Notes: generated by a model from the sequence alone, not told the origin. 64,000 nt of DNA from an uncultured Gammaproteobacteria bacterium (GCA_913020715.1 CAJVZH010000007.1:13021-77020); one strand, 5' to 3'; counted from the stretch's first letter, positions 29,360-39,412 are shown. Translations and numbers: made by a program.

Positions 29360-30877
29360 ATGTCAGACTTACAACAAAACATACAGCAAGCTAACACTTA
29401 TTTGCAGCGCTTCAAAGACAATACCACGGGGCACTATATTAATGGTGAGTGGACTTTGGGCACAAGTGGCAAAACCTTTGCAAACATCTCGCCCGCAGAC
29501 CAACAACCTCTCGGTGAGATTGCAGAAGGCGGTGAAGTTGAAGTGAATCGCGCTTGCGAAGCTGCACAAGACGCATTCGTCGAGTGGCGAGACATGGCAG
29601 GTGCTGAACGCAAGAACATTCTCAACCGTTTAGCAGACAAATTGGTTGAGCGCGCTGATGAAATTGCCTTAGTTGAAAGTACTGATTGTGGCCAAGCAAT
29701 ACGCTTTATGAAGCAGGCCGCAGTTCGTGGTGCTGCAAATTTTCGTTTTTTTGCTGACAAGGCTGTGGAGGCAAAAGATGGTCAAGCACTATACCAAAGT
29801 GAACACACTAATCTCACAGTACGCAGTCCTATTGGTCCCGTTGGAGTAATTACACCGTGGAATACACCGTTTATGTTATCTACTTGGAAAATTGCACCAG
29901 CACTTGCTGCAGGTTGTACCATTGTTCACAAACCGGCAGAATTTAGCCCATTATCAGCAGCAATTTTGGCCGAAGTGAGCGCAGAGGCTGGTTTGCCTGC
30001 AGGCGTCTGGAATATGGTTAATGGTTTTGGCGAGGTTGTTGGAAAACGCCTGAGTGAACACCCGGCTATTAAAGCTGTGGCTTTCGTTGGCGAAACTTCC
30101 ACTGGTTCACGCATCATGGAGCAGGGTGCAGCGACATTAAAACGCATACATCTTGAGTTGGGTGGTAAGAACCCAGTTATTGTTTTCGATGATGCTAATT
30201 TTGAACGCGCGCTTGATGCGGTTGTCTTTATGATCTATAGCCTTAACGGTCAACGTTGTACTTCTAGCAGTCGTCTTTTGTTGCAAAGTGGCATCCGTGA
30301 ACGCTTTCTTGAGGCCCTAAAAAAGCGGGTCGAAAACCTAACAGTCGGCCATCCACTTGACCCGAATACCGAAGTCGGCCCACTTGTGCATACCGAGCAT
30401 TTCGACAAAGTATTAAGCTATATGGAGACTGCAAGATCTGAGGGCGCGATCATTGCAGTCGGCGGACAACGCTGCGAAGAGCTGGGTGTTGGTAATTATG
30501 TACAACCCACACTATTTACCGAGGCTAACAATCAAATGAAAGTTGCCCGTGAAGAAATCTTTGGGCCAGTACTTACAGAGATAGAGTTCGACACAGAAGA
30601 AAAGGCAATCCAAATTGCTAATGATACCGACTACGGTTTGGCGGCTTATGCATGGACCTCTGATCAAGCTCGATCCATGCGTTTAGCACACAAAATCGAA
30701 ACCGGTATGCTATGGATTAATTCTGAGAATAACCGAAACCTACCTTCACCTTTTGGCGGCGTGAAGAGCAGTGGCATTGGTCGCGATGGGGGTGACTACA
30801 GTTTTGAATTTTACATGGAAACAAAAAATGTTTGCTTTGCTCATGGCACCCACCGTGTACCAAAGTTGGGGGCTTAA
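29360..30877 (+). CDS. hpaE: 5-carboxymethyl-2-hydroxymuconate semialdehyde dehydrogenase
   Basis: AANFRFFAD, ITPWNTPFMLSTWKIAPALA, YSLNGQRCTSSSR and FGGVKSSGIGRDGG. Confidence 0.93.
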   Translation: MSDLQQNIQQANTYLQRFKDNTTGHYINGEWTLGTSGKTFANISPADQQPLGEIAEGGEVEVNRACEAAQDAFVEWRDMAGAERKNILNRLADKLVERADEIALVESTDCGQAIRFMKQAAVRGAANFRFFADKAVEAKDGQALYQSEHTNLTVRSPIGPVGVITPWNTPFMLSTWKIAPALAAGCTIVHKPAEFSPLSAAILAEVSAEAGLPAGVWNMVNGFGEVVGKRLSEHPAIKAVAFVGETSTGSRIMEQGAATLKRIHLELGGKNPVIVFDDANFERALDAVVFMIYSLNGQRCTSSSRLLLQSGIRERFLEALKKRVENLTVGHPLDPNTEVGPLVHTEHFDKVLSYMETARSEGAIIAVGGQRCEELGVGNYVQPTLFTEANNQMKVAREEIFGPVLTEIEFDTEEKAIQIANDTDYGLAAYAWTSDQARSMRLAHKIETGMLWINSENNRNLPSPFGGVKSSGIGRDGGDYSFEFYMETKNVCFAHGTHRVPKLGA

Positions 30878-30880
30878 TAG

Positions 30881-31195
30881 ATGAGCTTGTATCAGACGCA
30901 AAAATTGCTCTACATGCTTAATAAAAACCCAAAGTTGCAAGTGACTTTTCTTGCAGATCAAGACTCGGTCCTAAAGGACTACAAACTAAGCGACGAAGAG
31001 ATTGACGCGTTAAAAAAACCCGATATAGGCTTGCTGTATGTGCTTGGTGTTAATGGTCAAATCTTGATGCACTATGCAGCTATATGTGGCTTCGCATGGC
31101 CCGAATACATTCAAGCGATGCGAGACGGGCTCGAAGAGCACGGCAATGTGCGAAATGGTCTTTACGTTACTACCGACGGTAAGGGGGCGATATGA
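30881..31195 (+). CDS. LigA-like small (alpha) subunit of an extradiol dioxygenase
   Basis: MSLYQTQKLLYMLN...DYKLSDEEIDAL...LLYVLGVNGQILM pattern; overlaps the LigB-like gene via ATGA. Confidence 0.75.
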   Translation: MSLYQTQKLLYMLNKNPKLQVTFLADQDSVLKDYKLSDEEIDALKKPDIGLLYVLGVNGQILMHYAAICGFAWPEYIQAMRDGLEEHGNVRNGLYVTTDGKGAI

Positions 31196-32016
31196 GTTTA
31201 GTTTTTGCTGGAGTTTGTAGCCACGCACCAGGTATTACTGGGCGTAAACACATGGCAGATCCAGATGATAGAGAAAGCTTTTACAATGCTTTTGACGAAA
31301 TGCGAGAAGAACTTGAGGTCACTAAGCCAGATGCTCTAATCGTGGTGGCAGCCGAGCACTTTGCTAACTTTTTTATGAACAATATGCCGGCGTATTGCAT
31401 TGGTATGGGCGATGAATACGAGGGTCCAATCGAAGATCCAGAGTGGCTAGGAATCGCAAGAACTAACGTACCAGGAAACCCTGAATTGTCAAAACGTATT
31501 ATTCAGCGTGTTTTGCAGGATGTCGATGTCGCCTACTCACAAGAGTGGAAATTTGACCACGGTATTAGCGTACCGTTACACTTTCTTACTCCGCGCTATG
31601 ACCTGGATATTATTCCGGTCAATATTAACTGCCAAGGCCCGCCGCTGACACCATTGCATCGTGCTTGGGCTTTTGGAGAGGCGCTTAGAAAAGCTTGTGA
31701 TGAGGCGCCAGAGCGCATCGCTATCATCGGGACTGGCGGCATTTCACACTGGCCAGCAACACCCGATTCTGGAAAAATTAACGAAGATTGGGACCGAAAG
31801 TTTCTACGTCAATGGAGTGCTTGTGACAAAGAAGCGCTGCTTGGTTATGGCGACGAGGAAACGTGGCGCGATGGCGGTCAAGGTGGCTTTGAAATCCGCA
31901 CCTTTATAGCAATCTCCGCAGCGACTTCTGGTCGCACTGCAAAGGTACACTATTATCGCCCGATTCCTATTTTTGCCGTCGGTTGCACCATTGGTATCGT
32001 TGACTTGGAGGATTAA
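31192..32016 (+). CDS. LigB-family (class III) extradiol dioxygenase catalytic subunit, in the hpaD position
   Basis: SHAP, AEHFANFF, DHG, GGISHW and GGFEIRTF: Fe ligands His/His/Glu and catalytic His are retained. Confidence 0.88.
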   Translation: MSLVFAGVCSHAPGITGRKHMADPDDRESFYNAFDEMREELEVTKPDALIVVAAEHFANFFMNNMPAYCIGMGDEYEGPIEDPEWLGIARTNVPGNPELSKRIIQRVLQDVDVAYSQEWKFDHGISVPLHFLTPRYDLDIIPVNINCQGPPLTPLHRAWAFGEALRKACDEAPERIAIIGTGGISHWPATPDSGKINEDWDRKFLRQWSACDKEALLGYGDEETWRDGGQGGFEIRTFIAISAATSGRTAKVHYYRPIPIFAVGCTIGIVDLED

Positions 32017-32019
32017 AGA

Positions 32020-32400
32020 ATGGCGCACTTTGTTTTAGAATACTCAAGCAATATAGATTCAGAAAGTTTGAATTTGCAAGGTCTATTTGAAAAACTGCAC
32101 CAAAGTGCTGTTAATTGTGGCTTATTTCCACTAAAAGGCATTCGTAGTCGCGCTTACAGGGCTGAAGATTACCGCATGGCTGATGGCAATCCACAGCATG
32201 TCTTTGTGCATTTATCAGTGCTGGTTGGTACTGGGCGTAGCTTGCAAGAGAAGGAGTCAGCTGCCAAAGGTTTTTTCACTGTTTTCGAGGAACATTTTGC
32301 ACAGAGTTTTGAGCGGGGTAGTGTCGCTATGTCTTTCGAGATGCGTGAGCTTGAGCCCACTCTTAAGTATAACAAGAACAACATCCAAGATTATCTATGA
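32020..32400 (+). CDS. hpaF: 5-carboxymethyl-2-hydroxymuconate delta-isomerase
   Basis: MAHFVLEYSSN, GLFPLKGIRSRA, GRS and SFEMREL...KNNI. Confidence 0.9.
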   Translation: MAHFVLEYSSNIDSESLNLQGLFEKLHQSAVNCGLFPLKGIRSRAYRAEDYRMADGNPQHVFVHLSVLVGTGRSLQEKESAAKGFFTVFEEHFAQSFERGSVAMSFEMRELEPTLKYNKNNIQDYL

Positions 32401-33212
32401 AAACATTGACCGACGCCCAGATTTACTCAGCTGCTAAGGCGCTCTATGATGCAGAGCAGCAAGTGATTCAGACTGAGGCCTTTACTCAAACTTGTCCGAA
32501 TATGACGATGGATGATGCCTATGCAATCCAATCGAGTTGGGTTGAACTGAAAAAAGCTGCGGGTGACCCGCTAATAGGCTACAAAATTGGGCTGACATCA
32601 AAAGTTATGCAACGCGCGATGAAAATTGATATGCCGGACTACGGCGTGTTGTTGCAATCTATGCACTTTGAAGATGGTAGTAATATTCCAGTCAATCGAT
32701 TTACTGACCCCAGAATTGAAGTCGAATTAGCGTTTGTTTTAAAAGACCGCTTGTTCGGTGAAGATCTGACTATTGAGGATGTTTTGGCTGCAACTGACTA
32801 CGTCACTCCGGCCTTGGAATTAATATCTGCAAGAAGCTATCGAGTCCATCCGAAAAGTGGCTATACTCGAACAATTTTTGACACGATTGCTGATAATGCA
32901 GCGAATGCGGGCATTATTACGGGCGGCCAAAAAGTTAAGCCTAATGAGGTTGATTTGCGATGGTGTGGCGCCTTACTTAAAAAGAATTCCGAAATCGAAG
33001 AAACCGGTTTAGCTGCAGCTGTTTTGAATCATCCTGCCAATGGCGTTTGCTGGATTGCAAAACGCTTTGCAAAACATGATGTTGCACTTGAGCCTGGACA
33101 AATTCTTTTGGCGGGTTCATTTACCGCACCTATCCGGGTAGGCGAAGGCGACCATATTCATGCAGATTTTGGCAAACTTGGCAGCATTCACTGCCAATTT
33201 ACTGAGGAGTAG
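32397..33212 (+). CDS. hpaH: 2-oxo-hept-4-ene-1,7-dioate hydratase
   Basis: DDAYAIQ, GYKIGLTS, PRIEVELAF, DTIADNAANAG and LAGSFT. Confidence 0.92.
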   Translation: MKTLTDAQIYSAAKALYDAEQQVIQTEAFTQTCPNMTMDDAYAIQSSWVELKKAAGDPLIGYKIGLTSKVMQRAMKIDMPDYGVLLQSMHFEDGSNIPVNRFTDPRIEVELAFVLKDRLFGEDLTIEDVLAATDYVTPALELISARSYRVHPKSGYTRTIFDTIADNAANAGIITGGQKVKPNEVDLRWCGALLKKNSEIEETGLAAAVLNHPANGVCWIAKRFAKHDVALEPGQILLAGSFTAPIRVGEGDHIHADFGKLGSIHCQFTEE

Positions 33213-33215
33213 TTA

Positions 33216-34022
33216 GTGAAGATACCAAGAAATAACTTTAAGCACTCACTTGCCAAAGGAGAGCAGCAGTACGGTTGCTGGCTTGGTCTTTGCAGTGCAT
33301 TATCAGCAGAACTTTGTGCTAACACTGGCTATGACTGGATGTTAATCGATGGCGAGCACGCGCCTAACGACTTACAGACAATTCTGTCACAGTTGCAAGC
33401 AATTGAGTCGACACCAGCCCAAGCTGTCGTTCGCCTGCCAGATGGCAATCCAACTTTGATCAAGCAGTACTTAGATATCGGTGTTCAAAATTTACTCATA
33501 CCAATGGTTGAAAGTGCCGACCAAGCCCGTGAACTAGTGCGTGCAGTGTGCTATCCACCTAAAGGTATTCGCGGTGTTGGTACGGCCCTTGCGCGAGCCG
33601 CCCGCTGGAATTTGGTTGACAACTATTTTGCCGAAATTAATAATGAGTTTTGTTTGATTGTTCAGATCGAATCCGTTCAAGGGCTAAAAAATCTTGATGC
33701 GATTCTAGAAGTTGATGGTATCGATGCGATTTTTATCGGACCTGCAGATCTAGCAGCTAGCCTTGGTCATCTTGGCAATCCAGCACACTCACAGGTAAAA
33801 CAAGCTATTTACCACGCCTTTTCGAAGATTAAAGCTGCAGGCAAGCCCGCTGGATCTCTTGCTACAACCCAAGTAGTGGCAAAGGATTATGAAGCTAATG
33901 GCGCCCAATTTATCGCACTATCGGTTGACACACTGTTATTGGTTCACGCGGCCAAGAACTGTTTGAGTCATTTCAAGGGTGAAGAAGGCTCGGACGATAA
34001 CAGCAGTGACGGAGCCTATTAA
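33216..34022 (+). CDS. hpaI: 4-hydroxy-2-oxoheptanedioate aldolase
   Basis: YDWMLIDGEHAPND, PPKGIRGVG, QIES and FIGPADLAAS. Confidence 0.92.
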   Translation: MKIPRNNFKHSLAKGEQQYGCWLGLCSALSAELCANTGYDWMLIDGEHAPNDLQTILSQLQAIESTPAQAVVRLPDGNPTLIKQYLDIGVQNLLIPMVESADQARELVRAVCYPPKGIRGVGTALARAARWNLVDNYFAEINNEFCLIVQIESVQGLKNLDAILEVDGIDAIFIGPADLAASLGHLGNPAHSQVKQAIYHAFSKIKAAGKPAGSLATTQVVAKDYEANGAQFIALSVDTLLLVHAAKNCLSHFKGEEGSDDNSSDGAY

Positions 34023-34107
34023 ACCCAAAACCCTGTAGATGAAAAAAACCTGGTGATATCTTTCTCTACTCCTCCTGTGAGGCAATTAGTCATTCTCAAT
34101 GCAACTT

Positions 34108-34168
34108 CTATTTTAATCTTAAAATATTAATATATAAATATTTTAATCTTAAAATATTAATATGTTAA
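34108..34168. repeat. 25-bp direct repeat x2 (30-bp period) built from palindromic boxes upstream of dctP
   Basis: TATTTTAATCTTAAAATATTAATAT at 34109-34133 and 34139-34163; each contains (A)TATTTTA-ATCT-TAAAATAT. Confidence 0.9.
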
Positions 34169-34294
34169 ACGATTTTATGTACAATGAAATAGCTATGGAA
34201 TATATTTCGTGCCAAATTGACGTATAAATATACGTTGTTAGTATTAAATTTATTCTGTGGTTTTTATAAATAAAATAAAATAAAAGGAGAACAT

Positions 34295-35323
34295 ATGGTT
34301 ATTAAAAAACTACTTGCAGGTGGCGCTTTGGTGATATCTGGCGCACTGTTATCTGGTGTTTCTGTCGCAGCTGAAACCCTATTAATGTCATCTTGGTTGC
34401 CGCCCGGGCACCCAGTGGTGGCTGATATTATTAAGCCATGGATCAAGGCCGTAGAAGATGAAAGTAATGGTGAGCTTATTATTCGTCTTTTGCCTAAAGC
34501 CCTTGGCGCGCCCCCAGCTCATTACGACCTTGCTAAAGACGGCGTAGCTGATGTCACATATGGTGTGCATGGTTATCAACCTGGCCGCTTTAAACTCACT
34601 GCAGCCACAGAATTGCCATTCTTAGGTAACAGTGCAGAAGTCGTATCAGTTGCATACTGGCGCATATACAAGAAGCATTTAGAGTCTGTTAACGAGCATG
34701 AAGGTACAGTGCTATTAGGTTTGATGTCCCATGGACCAGGTGTAATTCATAACAACGTACGAGCCATTAACAATGTCGCCGATATGCAGGGCTTAAAGTT
34801 CCGCGTTGGTGGTGGTGTTGCAGGTAATGCCGCTAAGGCGTTAGGTGTAACGGCTATGTTGGCTTCAGCCACTAAGAACTATGAAATGTTGTCTAGCGGC
34901 GTTGCCGACGGCACTTTCTTGCCTACTGAGTCTATTAAGTCGTTTAAGTTAACTAAGTTGTTAAACCATGCCACTAAGGTGCCGGGTGGTTTGTACAACA
35001 CTAGTTTCTTCTTAACTATGAATCCAGCTAAGTTCAGCGGCTTAAGTGCTTCTAACCAGGCTGCGTTAATGCGTGCTTCTGGCGAAAACTTTGCCCGCAT
35101 TGCAGGTCAAGGTTGGGATAAACATGATGCTCTAGGCCAAGCGGCCATGGATGCTGCAGGTATTGCCACTGTAACTGCCGATGCTAGTTTCGTAGCCGAA
35201 ATCAAAGCTGCAACAGGCCACTTGGAATCCGATTGGGTTGCTACGGCTAATGGCTTAGGTGTTGATGGTGCTGCTGTTATGGCAGACCTTCGTGCAGAAA
35301 TTGCTAAAGTAGCTGCTGAGTAA
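34295..35323 (+). CDS. dctP: TRAP transporter substrate-binding protein
   Basis: Signal peptide; SSWLPPGHP, GLKFRVGGG and VPGGLYNTSFF; aromatic-acid-type DctP inferred from context. Confidence 0.9.
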   Translation: MVIKKLLAGGALVISGALLSGVSVAAETLLMSSWLPPGHPVVADIIKPWIKAVEDESNGELIIRLLPKALGAPPAHYDLAKDGVADVTYGVHGYQPGRFKLTAATELPFLGNSAEVVSVAYWRIYKKHLESVNEHEGTVLLGLMSHGPGVIHNNVRAINNVADMQGLKFRVGGGVAGNAAKALGVTAMLASATKNYEMLSSGVADGTFLPTESIKSFKLTKLLNHATKVPGGLYNTSFFLTMNPAKFSGLSASNQAALMRASGENFARIAGQGWDKHDALGQAAMDAAGIATVTADASFVAEIKAATGHLESDWVATANGLGVDGAAVMADLRAEIAKVAAE

Positions 35324-35339
35324 TGTCTCTCAGTAAGAC

Positions 35340-35370
35340 AGGGGGCCGGGTACTTGTATCCGGCCCTTTT
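35340..35370 (+). terminator. GC-rich hairpin with T4 tail between dctP and dctQ
   Basis: GGGCCGGGTA / TATCCGGCCC followed by TTTT. Confidence 0.7.
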
Positions 35371-35853
35371 ATGCAGTTTATACTGCAGCGTATATTGAGT
35401 GGTCTAGCGGCCGCTCTTTTGTTTTTTTTAATGTTGCTAACTTTGGTTGACGTGGTGAGCCGATACATCTTTAATGCGCCAATTAATGGAAGTTTTGAAA
35501 TTACCGAGCTGTTATTGGCGGCGATCATATTTTCGGCTTTGCCGTTAGTATCTGCCAAAGATGACCATATTACGGTGGACCTAATTGACGCCTTTGTGCC
35601 GCGCTTCATTGCCTGGTTAAGGGATGTTGCAATTGCCCTTGCAAGCTTTGTTATGCTGGCTGGTATTAGCTACAGAGTATGGCATAAAGCCTTAGAATCA
35701 GTGCATTATGGTGACCAAACAGCAATGCTGTATTTACCCACTGCACCGGTATTTTTTTATATTAGCATAGCCGTAGGCTTGAGTAGTGTCATTGCCTTAT
35801 TATTGGCTTGTCAATATGCTCGCGCTGGCTTAGCCTCATCTAATCAATCATAA
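35371..35853 (+). CDS. dctQ: TRAP transporter small permease
   Basis: Four TM segments; DVVSRYIFNAPINGSFEITE and DHITVDL. ATG 35371 chosen as start. Confidence 0.9.
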   Translation: MQFILQRILSGLAAALLFFLMLLTLVDVVSRYIFNAPINGSFEITELLLAAIIFSALPLVSAKDDHITVDLIDAFVPRFIAWLRDVAIALASFVMLAGISYRVWHKALESVHYGDQTAMLYLPTAPVFFYISIAVGLSSVIALLLACQYARAGLASSNQS

Positions 35854-35858
35854 CCACT

Positions 35859-37193
35859 ATGTATGAATCTTTAATTGCCTTCGCCGCCATGCTTACCTTG
35901 GTTGTTATGATACGAATGCCCATTGCCTTTGCTATGGGTTTGGTGGGTTTTATTGGTTTTGGTTTAATGACCAGTTTTTCTGGTTCGTTAGCCATGGTCA
36001 GTATTATCACCTACGACACAGGCCTCAATTATGGCTTATCCGTGGTGCCGCTGTTTATTCTTATGGGTAACTTTGTTAACCGCGCAGGCTTGTCAGACGA
36101 GCTATATACCGCTGCGAATGCATTTTTAGGTCATCGTCGTGGTGGCTTGGCTATGGCCACAGTGGTGGCTTGTGGTGGTTTTAGTGCCGTTTGTGGGTCA
36201 AGTTTAGCGACTGCTGCAACCATGTCTAAGGTGGCCATGCCGCCGATGAAAAAGTACGGCTATGATGAAGGTCTAGCCGCAGGCTCAATTGCCGCTGGCG
36301 GCACCTTGGGGATTTTGATTCCCCCTAGTGTGATTCTAATTATTTTTGGCATCATGACCGAAAGTGATATAGGCTTATTGTTTATTGCGGGTATTTTGCC
36401 TGGCTTGTTGGGAGTAATTTTATATCTAGTGGCAGTGCTGGTTACGGTCACTTTAAAGCCCGAAAAAGGCCCGCGTGGCGAACGCTTTAGCTGGCCTCAA
36501 CGTTTACAAGCCCTGTGGGGTGTGTTGGGCGTTTTATCTTTGTTCTTGTTGGTTATTGGTGGTATTTATAGTGGTATTTTTACCCCGACAGAAGCGGCTG
36601 GTATTGGCGCTTCAGGTGCCTTCTTTATTGCGTTAGTACGTCGCCGTTTAACCTGGCACTCTTTGTTCGATACTTTAATCGAAAGTTCCCGTACCACAGC
36701 GATGCTTTTTGTCATCCTTATTGGCGCAGAAATTTTCTCTAATTATGTCAATATTGCTGGTTTACCCGAACTATTGTCTGGTTGGGTAGTGTCCTTCGAC
36801 TTATCGGCTATTGCCGTCATTATCCTCATTATGTTGGTGTACGTGTTATTGGGCACGGTGCTAGAGAGCTTGTCCATGATCATGCTTACGGTGCCTGTGT
36901 TTTATCCTTTAGTTTTGGGTTTAGACTTGGGCGCCTACTCTGCCTCATTGATGGACCCAGAAATGACCCTCATTTGGTTTGGTATTATTGTTGTTGTGAT
37001 AACCGAAATTAGCCTTATCACCCCCCCAGTAGGTCTTAATGTGTTTGTCTTAAAGAGCATGTTGGACGACGTTAAATTAAGTACTATATTCCGTGGTGTA
37101 ACGCCTTTTTGGGTGGTCGATATCATACGCCTGATGGCCTTAATTATGTTGCCTGGGCTGGTGTTATGGCTACCCAAATTGATGGCCAATTAG
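35859..37193 (+). CDS. dctM: TRAP transporter large permease
   Basis: VPLFILMG, GSSLATAATM, GTLGILIPPS, FTPTEAA and ITPPVGLNVF. Confidence 0.95.
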   Translation: MYESLIAFAAMLTLVVMIRMPIAFAMGLVGFIGFGLMTSFSGSLAMVSIITYDTGLNYGLSVVPLFILMGNFVNRAGLSDELYTAANAFLGHRRGGLAMATVVACGGFSAVCGSSLATAATMSKVAMPPMKKYGYDEGLAAGSIAAGGTLGILIPPSVILIIFGIMTESDIGLLFIAGILPGLLGVILYLVAVLVTVTLKPEKGPRGERFSWPQRLQALWGVLGVLSLFLLVIGGIYSGIFTPTEAAGIGASGAFFIALVRRRLTWHSLFDTLIESSRTTAMLFVILIGAEIFSNYVNIAGLPELLSGWVVSFDLSAIAVIILIMLVYVLLGTVLESLSMIMLTVPVFYPLVLGLDLGAYSASLMDPEMTLIWFGIIVVVITEISLITPPVGLNVFVLKSMLDDVKLSTIFRGVTPFWVVDIIRLMALIMLPGLVLWLPKLMAN

Positions 37194-37379
37194 GTCCACC
37201 TAAGATCATGTCTAAGCCAAATCACTAGAAACAGTTTAGTTAGCATCCGCATATATAGAGAACTAGAATGAGCTATAATTATTGAGTGAGCAAACCTCCC
37301 CTAAATAACTCCTGCAATGAACTTATCATGGTGATATTGTCTGCTATTTTTTATGTTGTTTATAGTTTAGTGAGTTAAT

Positions 37380-37794
37380 TCCAACAGCCTATAAAAAATT
37401 GGGACTTGGGGTTATTTTCGATATTTCTGTACCAGTTTCAAGCGTGCCCTCTTTCATTAATAAGGCTATAGAATTTATTAATAAAATAACACCCGATGCC
37501 TTGACATTGGTTTTTGGTCATACAGGTGATGGCAATATTCATTATTGCGTTATGCAGCCTCAAGAGGGTGGCCTAGCAAAGTTTAAGTCATTGAAAAGCG
37601 CTCTAACACCGAGTGTAAATGATCTTGCTATTAGTTTTAATGATGGCTTTACAGCTGAGCATGGGGTTGCTCTGGCTAAAGCAGATGAGTTATTGCGTTA
37701 TCGAGCAGAGACAGAGATTAAAGTGATGCGACAGATAAAAATGACTCTTGACCCTCAAGGGATTTGCAATCCGGGAAAGGTTTTCTCTAAGTAG
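37380..37794 (+). pseudogene. 3' remnant of an FAD-linked oxidase, paralog of 11241-12662
   Basis: IPTAYKKLG...NPGKV aligns with the last ~135 aa of the 11241 gene (hand count about 90/133 identical). No FAD-binding N-terminus; in-frame stop upstream. Confidence 0.85.
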
Positions 37795-37847
37795 TGTATT
37801 CAAGAATTAGCTGGAAATATGCGATATTTGGTATACAATCGCCCTCC

Positions 37848-38876
37848 ATGAGAATAATTATTTCAGTATTTTTTTCGTTTCTTGCGAGTCTATCGACGTA
37901 CGCAGACTCTTCTTTGTACGAGAGGGGCAAGGCGTATTTTTATGGCGATGGTGTCGAGCAAAACTATTCCAAGGCATTACTGGCTTTTGAACAGGCCACT
38001 AAAAATAATGATCTTGATGCCATGACGGCACTCGGCGTTATGTATATTGAAGGTGTTGGTGTTGATCAAGACGATACGAGGGGTATTGAGTACCTCGCTA
38101 AAGCTGCAGATGAGGCACACCCAAAAGCGCAATATTATTTGGGTGCGATGTATTATTTGGGCATTGGTGTTGAGCGCGATCTAACAAAAGCTTTTGGCCT
38201 CATTCGCCTTTCGGCATTACAAAATTATTTGGATGCCCAGCACAATCTAGCTGAAATGTATGAGAAGGGCGAAGGTACTGAGAAAAATCCAGAAGAGGCT
38301 AAAAAATGGTACAACGACGCGGCAAAATCTGGAAATGAATCCGGTCAATATGTGCTTGGTTTTGAGTATCTTGAGCAGGGTGATTTTAAAAATGCCTTTA
38401 AGTGGTTTGAGCGCTCGGCCGAACAAGGCCACGTCGAGTCCCAGTATCAATTGGGCTTGCTTTATGAATACGGCAAAGGCGTGCAAAAAGGCTATGATAA
38501 TTCGGTGCAGTGGTACAAGCTTGCTGCCGCCTATGACCATATTGAAGCGGTTTATCGTTTGGGCTTGTTGTATGAGACCGGTTTGGGCCTCTCTCAAAAC
38601 TATGCTAAAGCCATGGAGTACTATCTCAGAGCGCTTGAGATGGGCCACTTAGATTCCTATGCTAAGCTGGCTAATTTGTACGAGTATGGCAAGGGCATCA
38701 CTCTTAGTAAAAGCAAAGCTTATGACTACTATATAGCTGCCGCACGAAAGGGGCATATTGGTTCACAGTTCAAAGTGGCGACCATGTATAAACAAGGCGT
38801 TGGCACCGAGAAAGATATAGAGAAGAGTGAATATTGGCTCGAGCAAATCGAGTTGAGGCGTCAACCGGCCCAGTAG
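37848..38876 (+). CDS. Secreted Sel1-repeat (TPR-like) protein
   Basis: Signal peptide MRIIISVFFSFLASLSTYA; repeated AQxxLGxxYxxGxGVxxDxxKAxxWYxxAA units. Confidence 0.92.
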   Translation: MRIIISVFFSFLASLSTYADSSLYERGKAYFYGDGVEQNYSKALLAFEQATKNNDLDAMTALGVMYIEGVGVDQDDTRGIEYLAKAADEAHPKAQYYLGAMYYLGIGVERDLTKAFGLIRLSALQNYLDAQHNLAEMYEKGEGTEKNPEEAKKWYNDAAKSGNESGQYVLGFEYLEQGDFKNAFKWFERSAEQGHVESQYQLGLLYEYGKGVQKGYDNSVQWYKLAAAYDHIEAVYRLGLLYETGLGLSQNYAKAMEYYLRALEMGHLDSYAKLANLYEYGKGITLSKSKAYDYYIAAARKGHIGSQFKVATMYKQGVGTEKDIEKSEYWLEQIELRRQPAQ

Positions 38877-39384
38877 TTTGCCTCCACTCATACTTCTGAA
38901 CTTTATCTGTAGCCGAAAAACTGCTTGTTTTTACAGTGCTTATCGCACATCATTCACCCGCATAACCTCGCTTTTTGGCTCCTTTTATAATTTTATTATG
39001 AGTTGATCAGGTTCATTGGTGATCTTGCTAATGTGGTTGATATTGTGCAGCAATCCAGATTGCTGTTGAGCTACTCAGAATAGCTCTATTAATGATTCAT
39101 TGTGACTTGTTAATGCGTTGTCATAGAAGGTATTTGAATTTAATAGTGTTGATATTGGTTGTTTATGGATAAGTTTAGTGTATTTTTTCTTCTTAAATTT
39201 AAGGATAATTGCAAAAAAACGTTATATTAAGTGACATTAGTTGCAGTTTTATCTTACATTCTTCTGCTATTTATTAAGCATTTTCTTTAGTTAATTTTAT
39301 AAAACGTTGCTGTGTGGGCGTTGAATTATATTCATTTAGTTTTTCGCTTAAATCACATAAATTTCTTTATAGTAAATTTTTAGT

Positions 39385-39412
39385 TTGACATTGCCAAATA
39401 TTTGGGTAAATT
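39385..39412 (+). promoter_or_regulatory. Sigma70-like promoter upstream of the ABC substrate-binding gene
   Basis: TTGACA at 39385-39390, 16-nt spacer, TAAATT at 39407-39412. Confidence 0.45.

Noticed and set aside
38247-38652. ORFs of 130-133 aa overlapping the Sel1 gene
   Set aside because: They are fully nested shadow frames of a well-supported gene.
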